This document shows, one piece after another, positions 1 through 9,155 of a DNA stretch of 23,825 nt. A program made the position numbers and the translations under genes. The stretch is taken from NCBI GenBank assembly GCA_019058015.1, contig JAHLWH010000209.1:1-23825 (forward strand), given 5' to 3'. The notes under the pieces are model-generated. The model did not search any database, was not told the DNA's origin, and worked only from the letters and a program-made list of their open reading frames with translations. Source of the stretch: Promethearchaeota archaeon (GTDB lineage Archaea; Asgardarchaeota; Lokiarchaeia; Sigyniarchaeales; SOKP01). Each line of letters begins with the position of its first letter. Positions within the stretch are counted from its first letter, which is position 1.

Positions 1-497
1 TTAATTTCTACTTCTGAAGCTTTAACTTTACCTTTTAAAATAATTAATTGTGTTTCAGCTAGTTCTCTACATAATTCATCATAAGTTTTTTTCTCTTGAG
101 AAATGTTATGTGCTGCAACAGTTATTTCGGCTTCGAGGGCTGGGTCTAATCCCGCTTCGATTAATTCCATCGTATCTTCTATTTCAATACTTAACTCGGG
201 TCGTTTTTTAATGGGAATATTCTGTTTTATACCTTTTCGTAAAATATCCATCATTGCAAGAAAAGCGCCAAATTCCTCATTTTGGTTTATTATATGTATT
301 TTGGCAATGTTTTTCCTTTTATCATTTAAAATATTCGCCTTTTTTATACTAAAATTCTTTTTCTTTTTAGTAGCTTTTAGTCCAATCCATAAATAAATTG
401 ATTTTAAATCATCAATTAGATAAATTTTATTTTCAGCAAAATCTACTCTAGTTATTTTTCTTAAAGCTCCATTTTCACTCACACTATACAGTTGCAT
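1..497 (-). CDS. Gelsolin-domain protein with C-terminal helical domain (Asgard 1DGelX-like); 3' end beyond left window edge
   Basis: Manual translation from ATG at 497: MQLYSVSENGALRKITRVDFAENKIYLIDDLKSIYLWIGLKATKKKKNFSIKKANILNDKRKNIAKIHIINQNEEFGAFLAMM..., open to base 1. YLIDDLKSIYLWIG and IINQNEE match gelsolin-repeat motifs (F/YILD...I(F/Y)VWxG and ..QGxE). A helical segment EITVAAHNISQEKKTYDELCRELAETQL follows. Not in the ORF track. Confidence 0.8.
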   Translation of the reverse strand, partial: MQLYSVSENGALRKITRVDFAENKIYLIDDLKSIYLWIGLKATKKKKNFSIKKANILNDKRKNIAKIHIINQNEEFGAFLAMMDILRKGIKQNIPIKKRPELSIEIEDTMELIEAGLDPALEAEITVAAHNISQEKKTYDELCRELAETQLIILKGKVKASEVEI

Positions 498-621
498 TGT
501 ATTTCTCTATTTAGTTTAAGATAATAATATAGTAAAAATAAATAATATAATATTATTAACATTAACTTTTTATTTTTTTATTGAGAGGGCTATAAATCCT
601 TAACTTTGATTTAATTGACTT

Positions 622-1860
622 TTATTTTTTATATTTTAGAATAATTTTTTCAAATTCAGGTTCTGTGACAAATTTCTTTTTTGAAATAATATCTCGGAGT
701 TCCTGTTTGATATCATTAAGGTGTTTCTCATATTTATCAAATTTTAATTCTTCACATTTAAACCTAATTGCATCTCCATGCAATGTTGTAGGTCCAAAAA
801 TTAATTGTTCTTTTTGTCCTACAACCTTATCTTTATACGGTGTGAAACACATCCAAAATTTGTCTTTTTTGATAGCACTCATTACATGTAGTTCACTTTC
901 ATGTAAGAAAGTATTTTCACCAACCACTGGTTTATTTGGGGGTATTTTTATACCAGATTTTTCTTCAACAAGTTTAGAAAGTTCATAAAGTTTTGAGAGA
1001 TCAATTCCCGTATCGATTCCATATAAAATTTTTAAAGAAACAACAACTTCTTCCAGTGATGCATTACCAGCTCGATCGCCTAACTGATTCACGACAAGAT
1101 CCATAAATTCTGCCCCTTGTTCGACTGCTGCAATAGAAGATGCTGTTGCAAGACCGAAGTCATCATGGATATGAATTCCTAATGGAATATCTCCACAAAT
1201 TGGTTTAATTTCCTTAATCATATAGGAAATTGCACGAGGATGACATGCTCCCACTGTATCATATAAAAGAACCTTTTTTACTCCATGTTTTATACCCCTT
1301 CTAATTGCATCTTTTAACAGAGTTAAATCTGTTCTTGTTGCATCCACACAATCCAATATAGCAGTTCCACCATATTTTCTGATTTTTCTTAAAGTTAAAG
1401 GGATGATATTTAACATAACTTGGGGTGAAACTCTACTATCTCCTGTAAATAATTCTAATTGCCATGAGGTTAAAACAATTCCATAACCGATATAATCAAC
1501 CTTGGCGTCTAATGCCTTTTGTATTTCTTCATCCCATTTTATTGGATTGGAGCTAAGATGGCAATATGTTTTAATTTTTAATCCCAATTCTTTAATTTTA
1601 TTAGCTAAATCCCATTGTTCTTGAACTCTTCCAATGTATCCAACATCAATATCTCCAACTCCAACTTCCTCTAATTTTTCAACAATATTAATTTTATCCT
1701 CTAATGTATAATAAACACCTGGTGTTTCTTCTCCTTCACGAATGGTACTATCACGGACATAAACTTTTTTAGGAAAATTAAAATCTTTTAAAACGTTTTC
1801 ACTAAAATTGAGAGGAGAAATCCACCACTTATCAGTGAACCATCTATTATATTCTGACAT
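622..1860 (-). CDS. DRE-TIM metallolyase, homocitrate/2-isopropylmalate synthase (LeuA/NifV/AksA) family, no C-terminal regulatory domain
   Basis: Motifs DSTIREGEETPG, YDTVG, HIHDDFGLATA, LGDRAGNASLEEV, PPNKPVVGENTFLHES; 412 aa. Confidence 0.88.
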   Translation of the reverse strand: MSEYNRWFTDKWWISPLNFSENVLKDFNFPKKVYVRDSTIREGEETPGVYYTLEDKINIVEKLEEVGVGDIDVGYIGRVQEQWDLANKIKELGLKIKTYCHLSSNPIKWDEEIQKALDAKVDYIGYGIVLTSWQLELFTGDSRVSPQVMLNIIPLTLRKIRKYGGTAILDCVDATRTDLTLLKDAIRRGIKHGVKKVLLYDTVGACHPRAISYMIKEIKPICGDIPLGIHIHDDFGLATASSIAAVEQGAEFMDLVVNQLGDRAGNASLEEVVVSLKILYGIDTGIDLSKLYELSKLVEEKSGIKIPPNKPVVGENTFLHESELHVMSAIKKDKFWMCFTPYKDKVVGQKEQLIFGPTTLHGDAIRFKCEELKFDKYEKHLNDIKQELRDIISKKKFVTEPEFEKIILKYKK

Positions 1861-1977
1861 ATTAAATCGCTAAAGAATTCACATATTTTTTAAAATTAGT
1901 ATTTAATATAATAATTAATACTATCTAATGCTATAAATGTTTAATATAGTCAAAAAATAAAATCCAAATGAATAATT
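1861..1977. promoter_or_regulatory. Probable bidirectional archaeal promoter region between the divergent paralogs
   Basis: 117-bp AT-rich gap between divergent starts, with TATA-like elements (tttaatata, ctataaat). Exact boxes cannot be resolved in such AT-rich DNA. Confidence 0.45.
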
Positions 1978-3195
1978 ATGTGGGTAAATCCTTGGGCATA
2001 TATGAGAATGGATAAAAACCAACGTTGGTGGAGTTTTGAATGGAATTTTATTGACCGTGTTAGAAACCAGATGAATTTGCCACAAAAGGTAATAATTAAA
2101 GATGACACATTAAGAGAAGGGGAAGAGACTCCCGGAACATATTTTACAATAGACCAAAAAGTAGACATTGCTAAAATTCTTGAAGAAATGGGAATCCCAG
2201 AAATTGAAGTAGGATATGCTGCTGGGATCAAAGAACATGCTGAAACTTTTAAAGTATTAAAAAAAGAAGGGATAAAGATGAAATTATCTTCCCATGCACG
2301 CCTATATGCAAAAGATGTTATTAAAGAAGTTGATGATATTATCGCTGCAGAAGCGGATATAATAAACTTTTTACTTGTGCCTGATCCCGTATTAAAGAGT
2401 AAAAATGATGTATTTAACAGAATCACTGAAGGTATTGAATATGCAAAATCACAATCTGCTTATGTAGCATTTGGATCAGGGCGTGTAGCTCCGCGTTATT
2501 GGGAAAAGTTTTGTAATCTTGCGTTGGATGCTGGTGTTGATAGAATAGTAGTTTATGATGGAAATGGATGTGCCCTTCCTACAGCTTTTAAAGATCAAGT
2601 GGCATTTACTAAAAATATTGTTAAAGAAACTCCAATAGAAGTCCATTGTCATAATGATCTGGGGTTAGCTGTCGCAAACACACTTGCGGGAGTAGAAGGA
2701 GGTGCAGAAATAGTTGATGTTGTGTTTAACGGTCTTGGGGATAGGGCAGGGAATGCAGCTACTGAAGAAGTAATTATGGGACTTGAAATTCTATACGGAA
2801 TAGATTTAAATTTAAAACTTGAAAAAATTATGGAAATTTCACAAATAATTGAAAAATACAGTAAAACGCAATTACAACCACATAAAGCTATTGTAGGCAA
2901 AAATTGTTATATTCATGAATCTGATTTGCACGTAGAACAAATTTTAACTGGTAATTGGGTTACTTGGGAATTAATTCAACCCCATGTTATAGGACAAACT
3001 CGAAAATTGATATTTGGTGCTACCACACTTCAATCTCGAGCAATAAAAGCAAAATTGAGTAAAATGGGATTAAACCCAACTGATAAAGAAATTCAAACTC
3101 TACGAACCGAAATCAAAACCTTAATTAAGACCAAGGAATTCATTTCTGAAGAAGAATTTGAGAAATTAGCAAAAAAAATTGTAAAAACGGAGTAA
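1978..3195 (+). CDS. DRE-TIM metallolyase, homocitrate/2-isopropylmalate synthase family (paralog of 622..1860)
   Basis: Motifs DDTLREGEETPG, HCHNDLGLAVAN, GLGDRAGNAATEEV, QPHKAIVGKNCYIHES; 405 aa. Confidence 0.88.
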   Translation: MWVNPWAYMRMDKNQRWWSFEWNFIDRVRNQMNLPQKVIIKDDTLREGEETPGTYFTIDQKVDIAKILEEMGIPEIEVGYAAGIKEHAETFKVLKKEGIKMKLSSHARLYAKDVIKEVDDIIAAEADIINFLLVPDPVLKSKNDVFNRITEGIEYAKSQSAYVAFGSGRVAPRYWEKFCNLALDAGVDRIVVYDGNGCALPTAFKDQVAFTKNIVKETPIEVHCHNDLGLAVANTLAGVEGGAEIVDVVFNGLGDRAGNAATEEVIMGLEILYGIDLNLKLEKIMEISQIIEKYSKTQLQPHKAIVGKNCYIHESDLHVEQILTGNWVTWELIQPHVIGQTRKLIFGATTLQSRAIKAKLSKMGLNPTDKEIQTLRTEIKTLIKTKEFISEEEFEKLAKKIVKTE

Positions 3196-3334
3196 AAAAT
3201 TTTCCTATCGTTCATTCACCAGACAACATTATTCCACTAAATAAAGCAATTCAAAAATATGGTAAGTATTAAATATCCATAGAATCAAACTTAGAATATA
3301 TTATTATTTGATAATAAACTGAGATGATCTATCT

Positions 3335-4057
3335 ATGGATGATGAAAGACTCAATAAACTTAAATTGTTGGCGGTAATTCTTATTGTTATTTTAGGAATA
3401 ACCCATGTTATTGAGGGTTTCTTAGCAATTGGGTTATTAGATCTTTCGGTAACGGTATTTTTATATAGTTTCTTTCTTATTCCTATAGGTTTTAGGCTAT
3501 TAATGCTATTAAAAAAAGAGGAATTAGATGAGAAAAAACACACAATAATTTTCGCGTCAGTTGTTATTTTTCTTAATGGATGCGCATCCTTAATATTTTT
3601 AATCACAACAGATGTAGGGCAAAAATTCTTTCTTTATGGTTTTATAGTATGGCATCTAATAGTAGATATTTATGTATTTCCAGTTCTATTTATCTCTAAT
3701 ACTATTCTCGATAAAATGGATACTGATGAAAAAATTGGATATTTCTCAAATATTTTAATAAGAGGTTTAGGTTTAAATTATCTTTTTCAAATTCTAGCAC
3801 AAATTCTTCCTGGATTATATTACATGATTGTTTATTTGTTAATTTTTGGAATAATAAATTTGATTATAGGTAATTTGTTGTATTTGAAAAAAGAGAATAA
3901 ACAAATTCAGATTTTAAGTATAATTCTTCTTACAATTGGAGGCATTATCGCAGTAATATTACTCATAATCAATACCACGCCAAATTTAATTTTGTTTGTT
4001 ATCTTTCATGTTATAATACTCGTTATTAGAATTTATTATATTAAGAGAAAATTTTAA
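3335..4057 (+). CDS. Hypothetical integral membrane protein (~8 TM, apparently two similar 4-TM halves)
   Basis: Alternating hydrophobic stretches and Lys-rich loops. KLKLLAVILIVILGITHVI...IGFRLL is echoed by KIGYFSNILIRGLGLNYLF...IGNLLY. Confidence 0.75.
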   Translation: MDDERLNKLKLLAVILIVILGITHVIEGFLAIGLLDLSVTVFLYSFFLIPIGFRLLMLLKKEELDEKKHTIIFASVVIFLNGCASLIFLITTDVGQKFFLYGFIVWHLIVDIYVFPVLFISNTILDKMDTDEKIGYFSNILIRGLGLNYLFQILAQILPGLYYMIVYLLIFGIINLIIGNLLYLKKENKQIQILSIILLTIGGIIAVILLIINTTPNLILFVIFHVIILVIRIYYIKRKF

Positions 4058-4069
4058 AACAATAAGAGA

Positions 4070-4663
4070 TTAAGAAAAAATTCCACTTAATTTATTTAGT
4101 AGAGTATTAGCTCTTGTGGGATTAAAAATTCCGCACACACAAGGTTTTGATAATTTTTTTGCTGCATTTTCAACAGAAATTTTTCCACTTTTAATTAATT
4201 CCACGTAATATTTTACAGATTGGGGAGATACACAATGGTGACCACACATAGTAGTAATTTCTAATATTTCTTCAGAAGGTAAAAGTTCTTTTCTCCCGAA
4301 TGTACCTAATGAAAGATGTATAGTATGCGTTTTCAAACCAGTTTCTTTGACTGCTTCTTGGATTTCGGAAATTAATCCACTAATTACTATCGAAACACCC
4401 AAATCTTCTTGTATAAGAGTTTGTATAGCATTCTTAACCATTTCAATATCAATAAAGGTTGCTGTAATTACTGGAGAAATCTTCCATGCAGGTTTTGGTA
4501 TAATATTTACAGGATTATTTTGATTTAGTATTTCAGCTACTCGTAATAGTTTTTGTTTTGAATCCGCGTATTTATCGTTCATCCCAGCTGCAAGCATTGC
4601 TAAGATAATGTAATCACTCTTTAAATCGTTTATTTTTCCCGTTCTATGTAAAGAATGTGTCAC
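4070..4663 (-). CDS. Conserved hypothetical Cys/His protein, partner of the adjacent 4Fe-4S protein
   Basis: GTG start with a GGAGG Shine-Dalgarno-like motif just upstream. N-terminal THSLHR, C-terminal TMCGHHC and CVCGIFNP. 21 nt from the upstream ferredoxin gene. Confidence 0.8.
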   Translation of the reverse strand: MTHSLHRTGKINDLKSDYIILAMLAAGMNDKYADSKQKLLRVAEILNQNNPVNIIPKPAWKISPVITATFIDIEMVKNAIQTLIQEDLGVSIVISGLISEIQEAVKETGLKTHTIHLSLGTFGRKELLPSEEILEITTMCGHHCVSPQSVKYYVELIKSGKISVENAAKKLSKPCVCGIFNPTRANTLLNKLSGIFS

Positions 4664-4684
4664 ATCCCTTGATCCTCCGTAAAT

Positions 4685-5386
4685 TTATACCTTGCCTAAA
4701 CCTATATTAATTTTAGCATTTGGTCTTACTGAAAATCCCTGTAGAATTAGTAAATCAAGTATTGGAATCGTCCCATCTTTCATTACTTGGGAAATAACAC
4801 CTACTGTAAATACAGTATCAATATTTTTTTCTATTTGTTTTATCACTTGCATAACCAAAGTCGCTTTATTTATAGGTACTTTAAATTCAATAATTGCAGA
4901 GAGAACACGTTCTTCTTTTATATCTTTCTTAATATGCCCATTATCATCAATTAAAAGTGCTGAAACAGGACTTTCCCTTTCAAAATTTACACCAATAGAT
5001 GTTAATTTCGTCGTAAATAATTCTATATTTCCAAGATGAGTTCCTCCCCCAGGTCGTCCAATTTCAATAGAAAAACCGATTTCATCCACACCAAAATGAT
5101 TGGTTACATCGTTAGTTTTCATCTCTTCTGTCCCTCTTCCGGGTATTCCTGTTAGTTTATGAGTAGAAATTACATCACTAAAGGGACTTCTAATCACTCG
5201 AGGCCATTTTAATCGTCTGGATCTAATTGCATTGACGGGACAATCAGCATTCCTTTTACAAATAGAACATTCTACACAGAGATTCATATCTATAACTGCA
5301 ATATTATCAATTAATTTGATCACCTGAACGGGACAAATAATGATGCACTGTCCGCACCCTATACAAAGATCAGCTTTTATTTCCAT
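4685..5386 (-). CDS. 4Fe-4S dicluster (ferredoxin) domain protein with uncharacterised C-terminal domain
   Basis: CIGCGQCIIICP and CVECSICKRNADCP, followed by GRGTEEMKTNDVT and EIGRPG motifs. Confidence 0.88.
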   Translation of the reverse strand: MEIKADLCIGCGQCIIICPVQVIKLIDNIAVIDMNLCVECSICKRNADCPVNAIRSRRLKWPRVIRSPFSDVISTHKLTGIPGRGTEEMKTNDVTNHFGVDEIGFSIEIGRPGGGTHLGNIELFTTKLTSIGVNFERESPVSALLIDDNGHIKKDIKEERVLSAIIEFKVPINKATLVMQVIKQIEKNIDTVFTVGVISQVMKDGTIPILDLLILQGFSVRPNAKINIGLGKV

Positions 5387-5397
5387 TGCACTAATTC

Positions 5398-6696
5398 CTA
5401 TTCTTGCTTTATTTCATTCTCTTTCTTCTGTCTAGATTTAATTTTATCTATGTCTCGAGGCAAAAATTTAAAAATTGGAATTAAAAGTAAATTACTTAAT
5501 AAAGCCATAATAGCTAATATAACGTAAGCAGGTCTATATTGATTATTAAAAAATACAAATAGTTGTCCAACAATCAATAAACTTATACTTCGACCAATGG
5601 TGATTGTTAATAAATAATTTAGTGAATAAATAGTTGATCTAATTTGAGGAGGATTAATTTCTCCGAGCGTCGCTTGAGTAAGTGGATCTATACCCCCAAA
5701 AAAGAAAGCACCTGAAATTGTAAGAAGAAGGAATATAATAACCATTATAATTTCAGTAGATGTAAAAACCAATGAAAATGCTACAATATAAAAAAGTGAT
5801 CCGGTTATGAGACAAATCAGAACTATTTTTATTCTTCCTTTTTTGTTTTTTTCATAGTTTTTATCACCAATATATCCGAAAAGGGGGCCACTCGGAATTT
5901 GACTTCCAAAAATTATAATTAAAAAGATGGTTGCAATTGTGGAGCTAAACTGGTAATCATTTTTCAACATCGCAATCAAAAGGGAGGAAATAGCACCTAT
6001 TGCTATAAACATTGCAAAATTAAAACATAATATTAAGAAAATCGATTTGATTTTCCAGATTTCCTTTAAATCTTTAATTCTAATATTATAACTTAATCCG
6101 AGAAAGCTTTCATCTAAAGTTTCATATAATTTGTCCTTTGCTCCTCTTAATGGTTCTTTAACTGTAAATAATAATATTGAACAAACAAATCCACCAATTG
6201 AAACTACAATAAAAGGTACAATCCATGGACATACCTCAATTAAAAATCCTGAAAGAAACTGACCTAAACCATTACCTAAAACATAAACCGCACTTAATAA
6301 GCCAAATTTTTTCCCTCGTTCTTTCATATCACTTAAATCAACTAATAAAGAGTATGTTAGAGGTATAGCAGCCCCAAAACCTACTGCCGTAGATATTTGA
6401 TATATTAATAAAGAATAAAAATCTGTAGCTAAAGTGGTAATAAGGGTAAAAATTGACCATTCTAAAGTAGCAATAATTAGTAATATTTTACGTGAAAATT
6501 TATCGCCTAAAATTGCCCAAACTAGCGAAGAAACTGCACCAACTATCAAAAACATAGAATTTATGTAAATTACTTGCTCTTCACCTGCTAATCCTAAAGC
6601 CAGTGTAATCTCATTAGCCATAGGAGTTAAAATACTAAAAAGAGTTGATGAAAATAGTATCAATAAGACTAAGATAAAAAATGAATTTTGCTTCAT
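5398..6696 (-). CDS. Major facilitator superfamily transporter
   Basis: ~12 TM segments; MFS motif A (AILGDKFSRK) and its second-half repeat (GYIGDK...GR); ERGKKFG motif. Confidence 0.92.
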   Translation of the reverse strand: MKQNSFFILVLLILFSSTLFSILTPMANEITLALGLAGEEQVIYINSMFLIVGAVSSLVWAILGDKFSRKILLIIATLEWSIFTLITTLATDFYSLLIYQISTAVGFGAAIPLTYSLLVDLSDMKERGKKFGLLSAVYVLGNGLGQFLSGFLIEVCPWIVPFIVVSIGGFVCSILLFTVKEPLRGAKDKLYETLDESFLGLSYNIRIKDLKEIWKIKSIFLILCFNFAMFIAIGAISSLLIAMLKNDYQFSSTIATIFLIIIFGSQIPSGPLFGYIGDKNYEKNKKGRIKIVLICLITGSLFYIVAFSLVFTSTEIIMVIIFLLLTISGAFFFGGIDPLTQATLGEINPPQIRSTIYSLNYLLTITIGRSISLLIVGQLFVFFNNQYRPAYVILAIMALLSNLLLIPIFKFLPRDIDKIKSRQKKENEIKQE

Positions 6697-6841
6697 GTTT
6701 TATAGAATTAATTTTATAATAATATATATTTTAATTTTTTGAACTTATGATTTCTAGATTAGTTATATAAATTTTCTATCTTTTTTCCAAATATTAAATC
6801 TTGGATAATAACTTTAAAAAATCAAAAAAAAATAAAATATA

Positions 6842-7600
6842 GTGATGGCAAAGAAAAAATTAGGCAACTTTTATACTAACGAAATTTATTGCGGAAATTC
6901 CTTAGAATTAATGAAAGAAATTCCGAATGAGACGATAGATTTAATTATCACAGATCCACCTTTTGCAATTAATTTCAAGGCTAAAAAAAATAATTACAAT
7001 CGAAAACAAGATAATGTTTTAGAAGGATACAATGAAATTCCTCAAGAGAAATATTATGAATTCACATTTAATTGGATTACAGAATGCTTTCGAATAATAA
7101 AAGAATCAGGTAGTATGTATGTTGTTTCTGGATGGACAAATCTCAAGGACATTTTAAATGCATTGGACGAGATTGGGTTTCTTATAATAAATCATCTTAT
7201 CTGGAAATACCAATTTGGAGTATTTACGAAAAGGAAATATGTTACAAGCCATTATCATATATTATTCGTGGTTAAAAATAAAAAAAAATACAAATTCAAT
7301 AAAATTGAGCATTATCCAGAGGATGTTTGGATAATAAAAAGAAAATATTGGACTGGAAAAATAAAAACACCTACAAAACTTCCAGTTGAGCTCGTGAAAA
7401 AGATAATTCTATTCAGCAGTGATAAGGAAGACATATTACTTGATCCCTTCCTAGGCTCAGGAACTGTAGCTGTTACTGCAAAAACATTGGGAAGAAGATA
7501 TTTAGGATTTGAATTGGTAAAAGATTATTATGATTTTGCAAAAGAGAGAATTTCAAATGTACAGATGAGTTTAATTAACTGGGTAAATGATAAATCTTAA
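6842..7600 (+). CDS. Site-specific DNA methyltransferase (N4-C/N6-A, beta class), orphan
   Basis: Catalytic motif IV (ITDPPF) precedes the SAM-binding motif I (LDPFLGSGT) and YLGFE, which is the beta order. No endonuclease gene adjacent. Confidence 0.93.
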   Translation: MMAKKKLGNFYTNEIYCGNSLELMKEIPNETIDLIITDPPFAINFKAKKNNYNRKQDNVLEGYNEIPQEKYYEFTFNWITECFRIIKESGSMYVVSGWTNLKDILNALDEIGFLIINHLIWKYQFGVFTKRKYVTSHYHILFVVKNKKKYKFNKIEHYPEDVWIIKRKYWTGKIKTPTKLPVELVKKIILFSSDKEDILLDPFLGSGTVAVTAKTLGRRYLGFELVKDYYDFAKERISNVQMSLINWVNDKS

Positions 7601-7880
7601 GGGAGAAAAAAAAACACATATTTTATTAGATAACCCTATAATTTTCATACTTTAATTTTTTATTGCTTTTATTTTTAAAAAAAATAAACATCATTATGAA
7701 AATTAGTAAATTTTAACTCCCATAACAAATATATTTTTTTCCCCTTAGTTTTAATTACACATAACCTTAACTAAAAAAAATTTCCCCAAATTTTTTTTAT
7801 CTGATATTAAGTCTTATCCTTAACCTCCATGGGGAAGTTTTTTCTCTTTTTCTTTATTAAATAAGTTTTTTTTGCAAGAG

Positions 7881-8381
7881 TTAATGATTATGCTGATTCT
7901 TACGTTCTTTTTTTGCTGAAATATCCTTTCCTACTATTGAAAAGTCAAAGTTGATTGTACTCTGTAATGATGATAATTGTTTATTCATCTCAAAAATTCT
8001 TCTCTTTAGCCCTTTTACTGCGATTATTAGCAAGCAATTATCATCTTCTAAGTGAATGTGCATCGTTGAGATAATAATATCTTGAAATAAATGCTGAATA
8101 TCATTACTTTTTATAAAATCAGATTGAACAATAGATGCATATTTTGGACCTGGCTCATCTTCAGATGTCTTATCAAAATGCTCATGCTTTAAAATATAAG
8201 TAATACAACCTACAATATCTCCACCTAAATCCGTTTCAGCAACTTTATCTACCATATAAGATTGCATAGCCTTTCGAATAGCATCAGAACGACTCATTCC
8301 TAGAGATTCCCTAAAGTGTTCAAAATCATCGTATAAATCTTTAGGAAGAGAAATTGTAAAACGTTCATAAACTTCTTTCAA
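7881..8381 (-). CDS. nikR: NikR-family nickel-responsive regulator (RHH + ACT-like NikR_C)
   Basis: RFTISLP...SRSDAIRKAM ribbon-helix-helix. IQH...STMHIHL...NC supplies the His/His/His/Cys nickel ligands. TTG start. Confidence 0.85.
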   Translation of the reverse strand: MKEVYERFTISLPKDLYDDFEHFRESLGMSRSDAIRKAMQSYMVDKVAETDLGGDIVGCITYILKHEHFDKTSEDEPGPKYASIVQSDFIKSNDIQHLFQDIIISTMHIHLEDDNCLLIIAVKGLKRRIFEMNKQLSSLQSTINFDFSIVGKDISAKKERKNQHNH

Positions 8382-8423
8382 TTTAAACCATCTAAATATT
8401 TTTTAAAAAAATTAGAAAAATTA

Positions 8424-9155
8424 TTATTTTTTGATTAAAATTGCAATAGGTACAGAAGCTTGACGCCATTGAGCAATTTTGCCAGAATATTTTAAATCCA
8501 TCTTAAATCTCCCATGATCTCCCAAAATAATCATTAAGGATTTTTTTCTTAATTGTTTATAAGTACTCAATATCCACTTATCAGTTCTATTAATTAATTT
8601 CTCAAGTAATACTTCTGGGGTTTGTTGTCTTAATTTAGAATGTAGTCGATGCAAAGCCTCAAAATCTAAGTAATGAATCCAACTTAAATCGAATCGGTTT
8701 ACAACCTTAGCAGCTTCAATCCATGAACTCATGTCTGTCTCTTTTGCAATAGACTTTGTTCCACCATCATATCTATCAATATCTTTTTTTCTACCAATAA
8801 ATATTGTTTCTTTTCCTTGATTATTAATTTCTCTCAATAAATGGAAGCCATTAGGCTCCTTTTCAAACCCTCCAAACATTATTTGATGCAAAAAACCTAA
8901 AGTATATGGATTTTTTGTTGATAATAAAATTAAAGCATCAGAATTTGTAATTATGAATTGTGGTTTAAGAAAAGTTATCTCAAACAACCCGAAATTATCA
9001 ATTAAATTTATTACAATTCGTTCAATTCCTTTAAAATGCTCTATGATTTCACTTACTGGTTCATTTATAAAAGATGGGGGTTCAAGTCCCAATAGTTTTA
9101 AAATTGTGCTCGGTAATTGTGACAAATAGCATTTATAACTTTCTAATTCACTCAT
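8424..9155 (-). CDS. Degenerate alkaline phosphatase / nucleotide pyrophosphatase superfamily protein
   Basis: LSQLPSTILKLLG, RIVINLIDNFG (cf. VVLxxIDGLG), HYLDFEALH (cf. DxxGH) and LMIILGDHG (cf. IITADHG); only 243 aa. Confidence 0.6.
   Translation of the reverse strand: MSELESYKCYLSQLPSTILKLLGLEPPSFINEPVSEIIEHFKGIERIVINLIDNFGLFEITFLKPQFIITNSDALILLSTKNPYTLGFLHQIMFGGFEKEPNGFHLLREINNQGKETIFIGRKKDIDRYDGGTKSIAKETDMSSWIEAAKVVNRFDLSWIHYLDFEALHRLHSKLRQQTPEVLLEKLINRTDKWILSTYKQLRKKSLMIILGDHGRFKMDLKYSGKIAQWRQASVPIAILIKK

Noticed and set aside
103-396. Track ORF, 97 aa (+)
   Set aside because: Antisense shadow of the gelsolin-like gene on the minus strand.
622-3195. Gene symbols leuA, nifV or aksA for the two paralogs
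   Set aside because: Active-site motifs deviate from those enzymes and no leu, nif or aks pathway genes are adjacent, so specificity cannot be assigned.
665-5039. Track ORFs 665..988, 1950..2426, 2649..2900, 3304..3606 and 4692..5039
   Set aside because: All lie antisense to well-supported genes, are Ser/Ile/Phe-rich and have no motifs.
7601-7880. Possible ncRNA or hairpin (aacctccatggggaagtt) between converging genes
   Set aside because: Weak, imperfect stem in A/T-run-rich DNA with no tRNA or known RNA features; more likely just terminator sequence.
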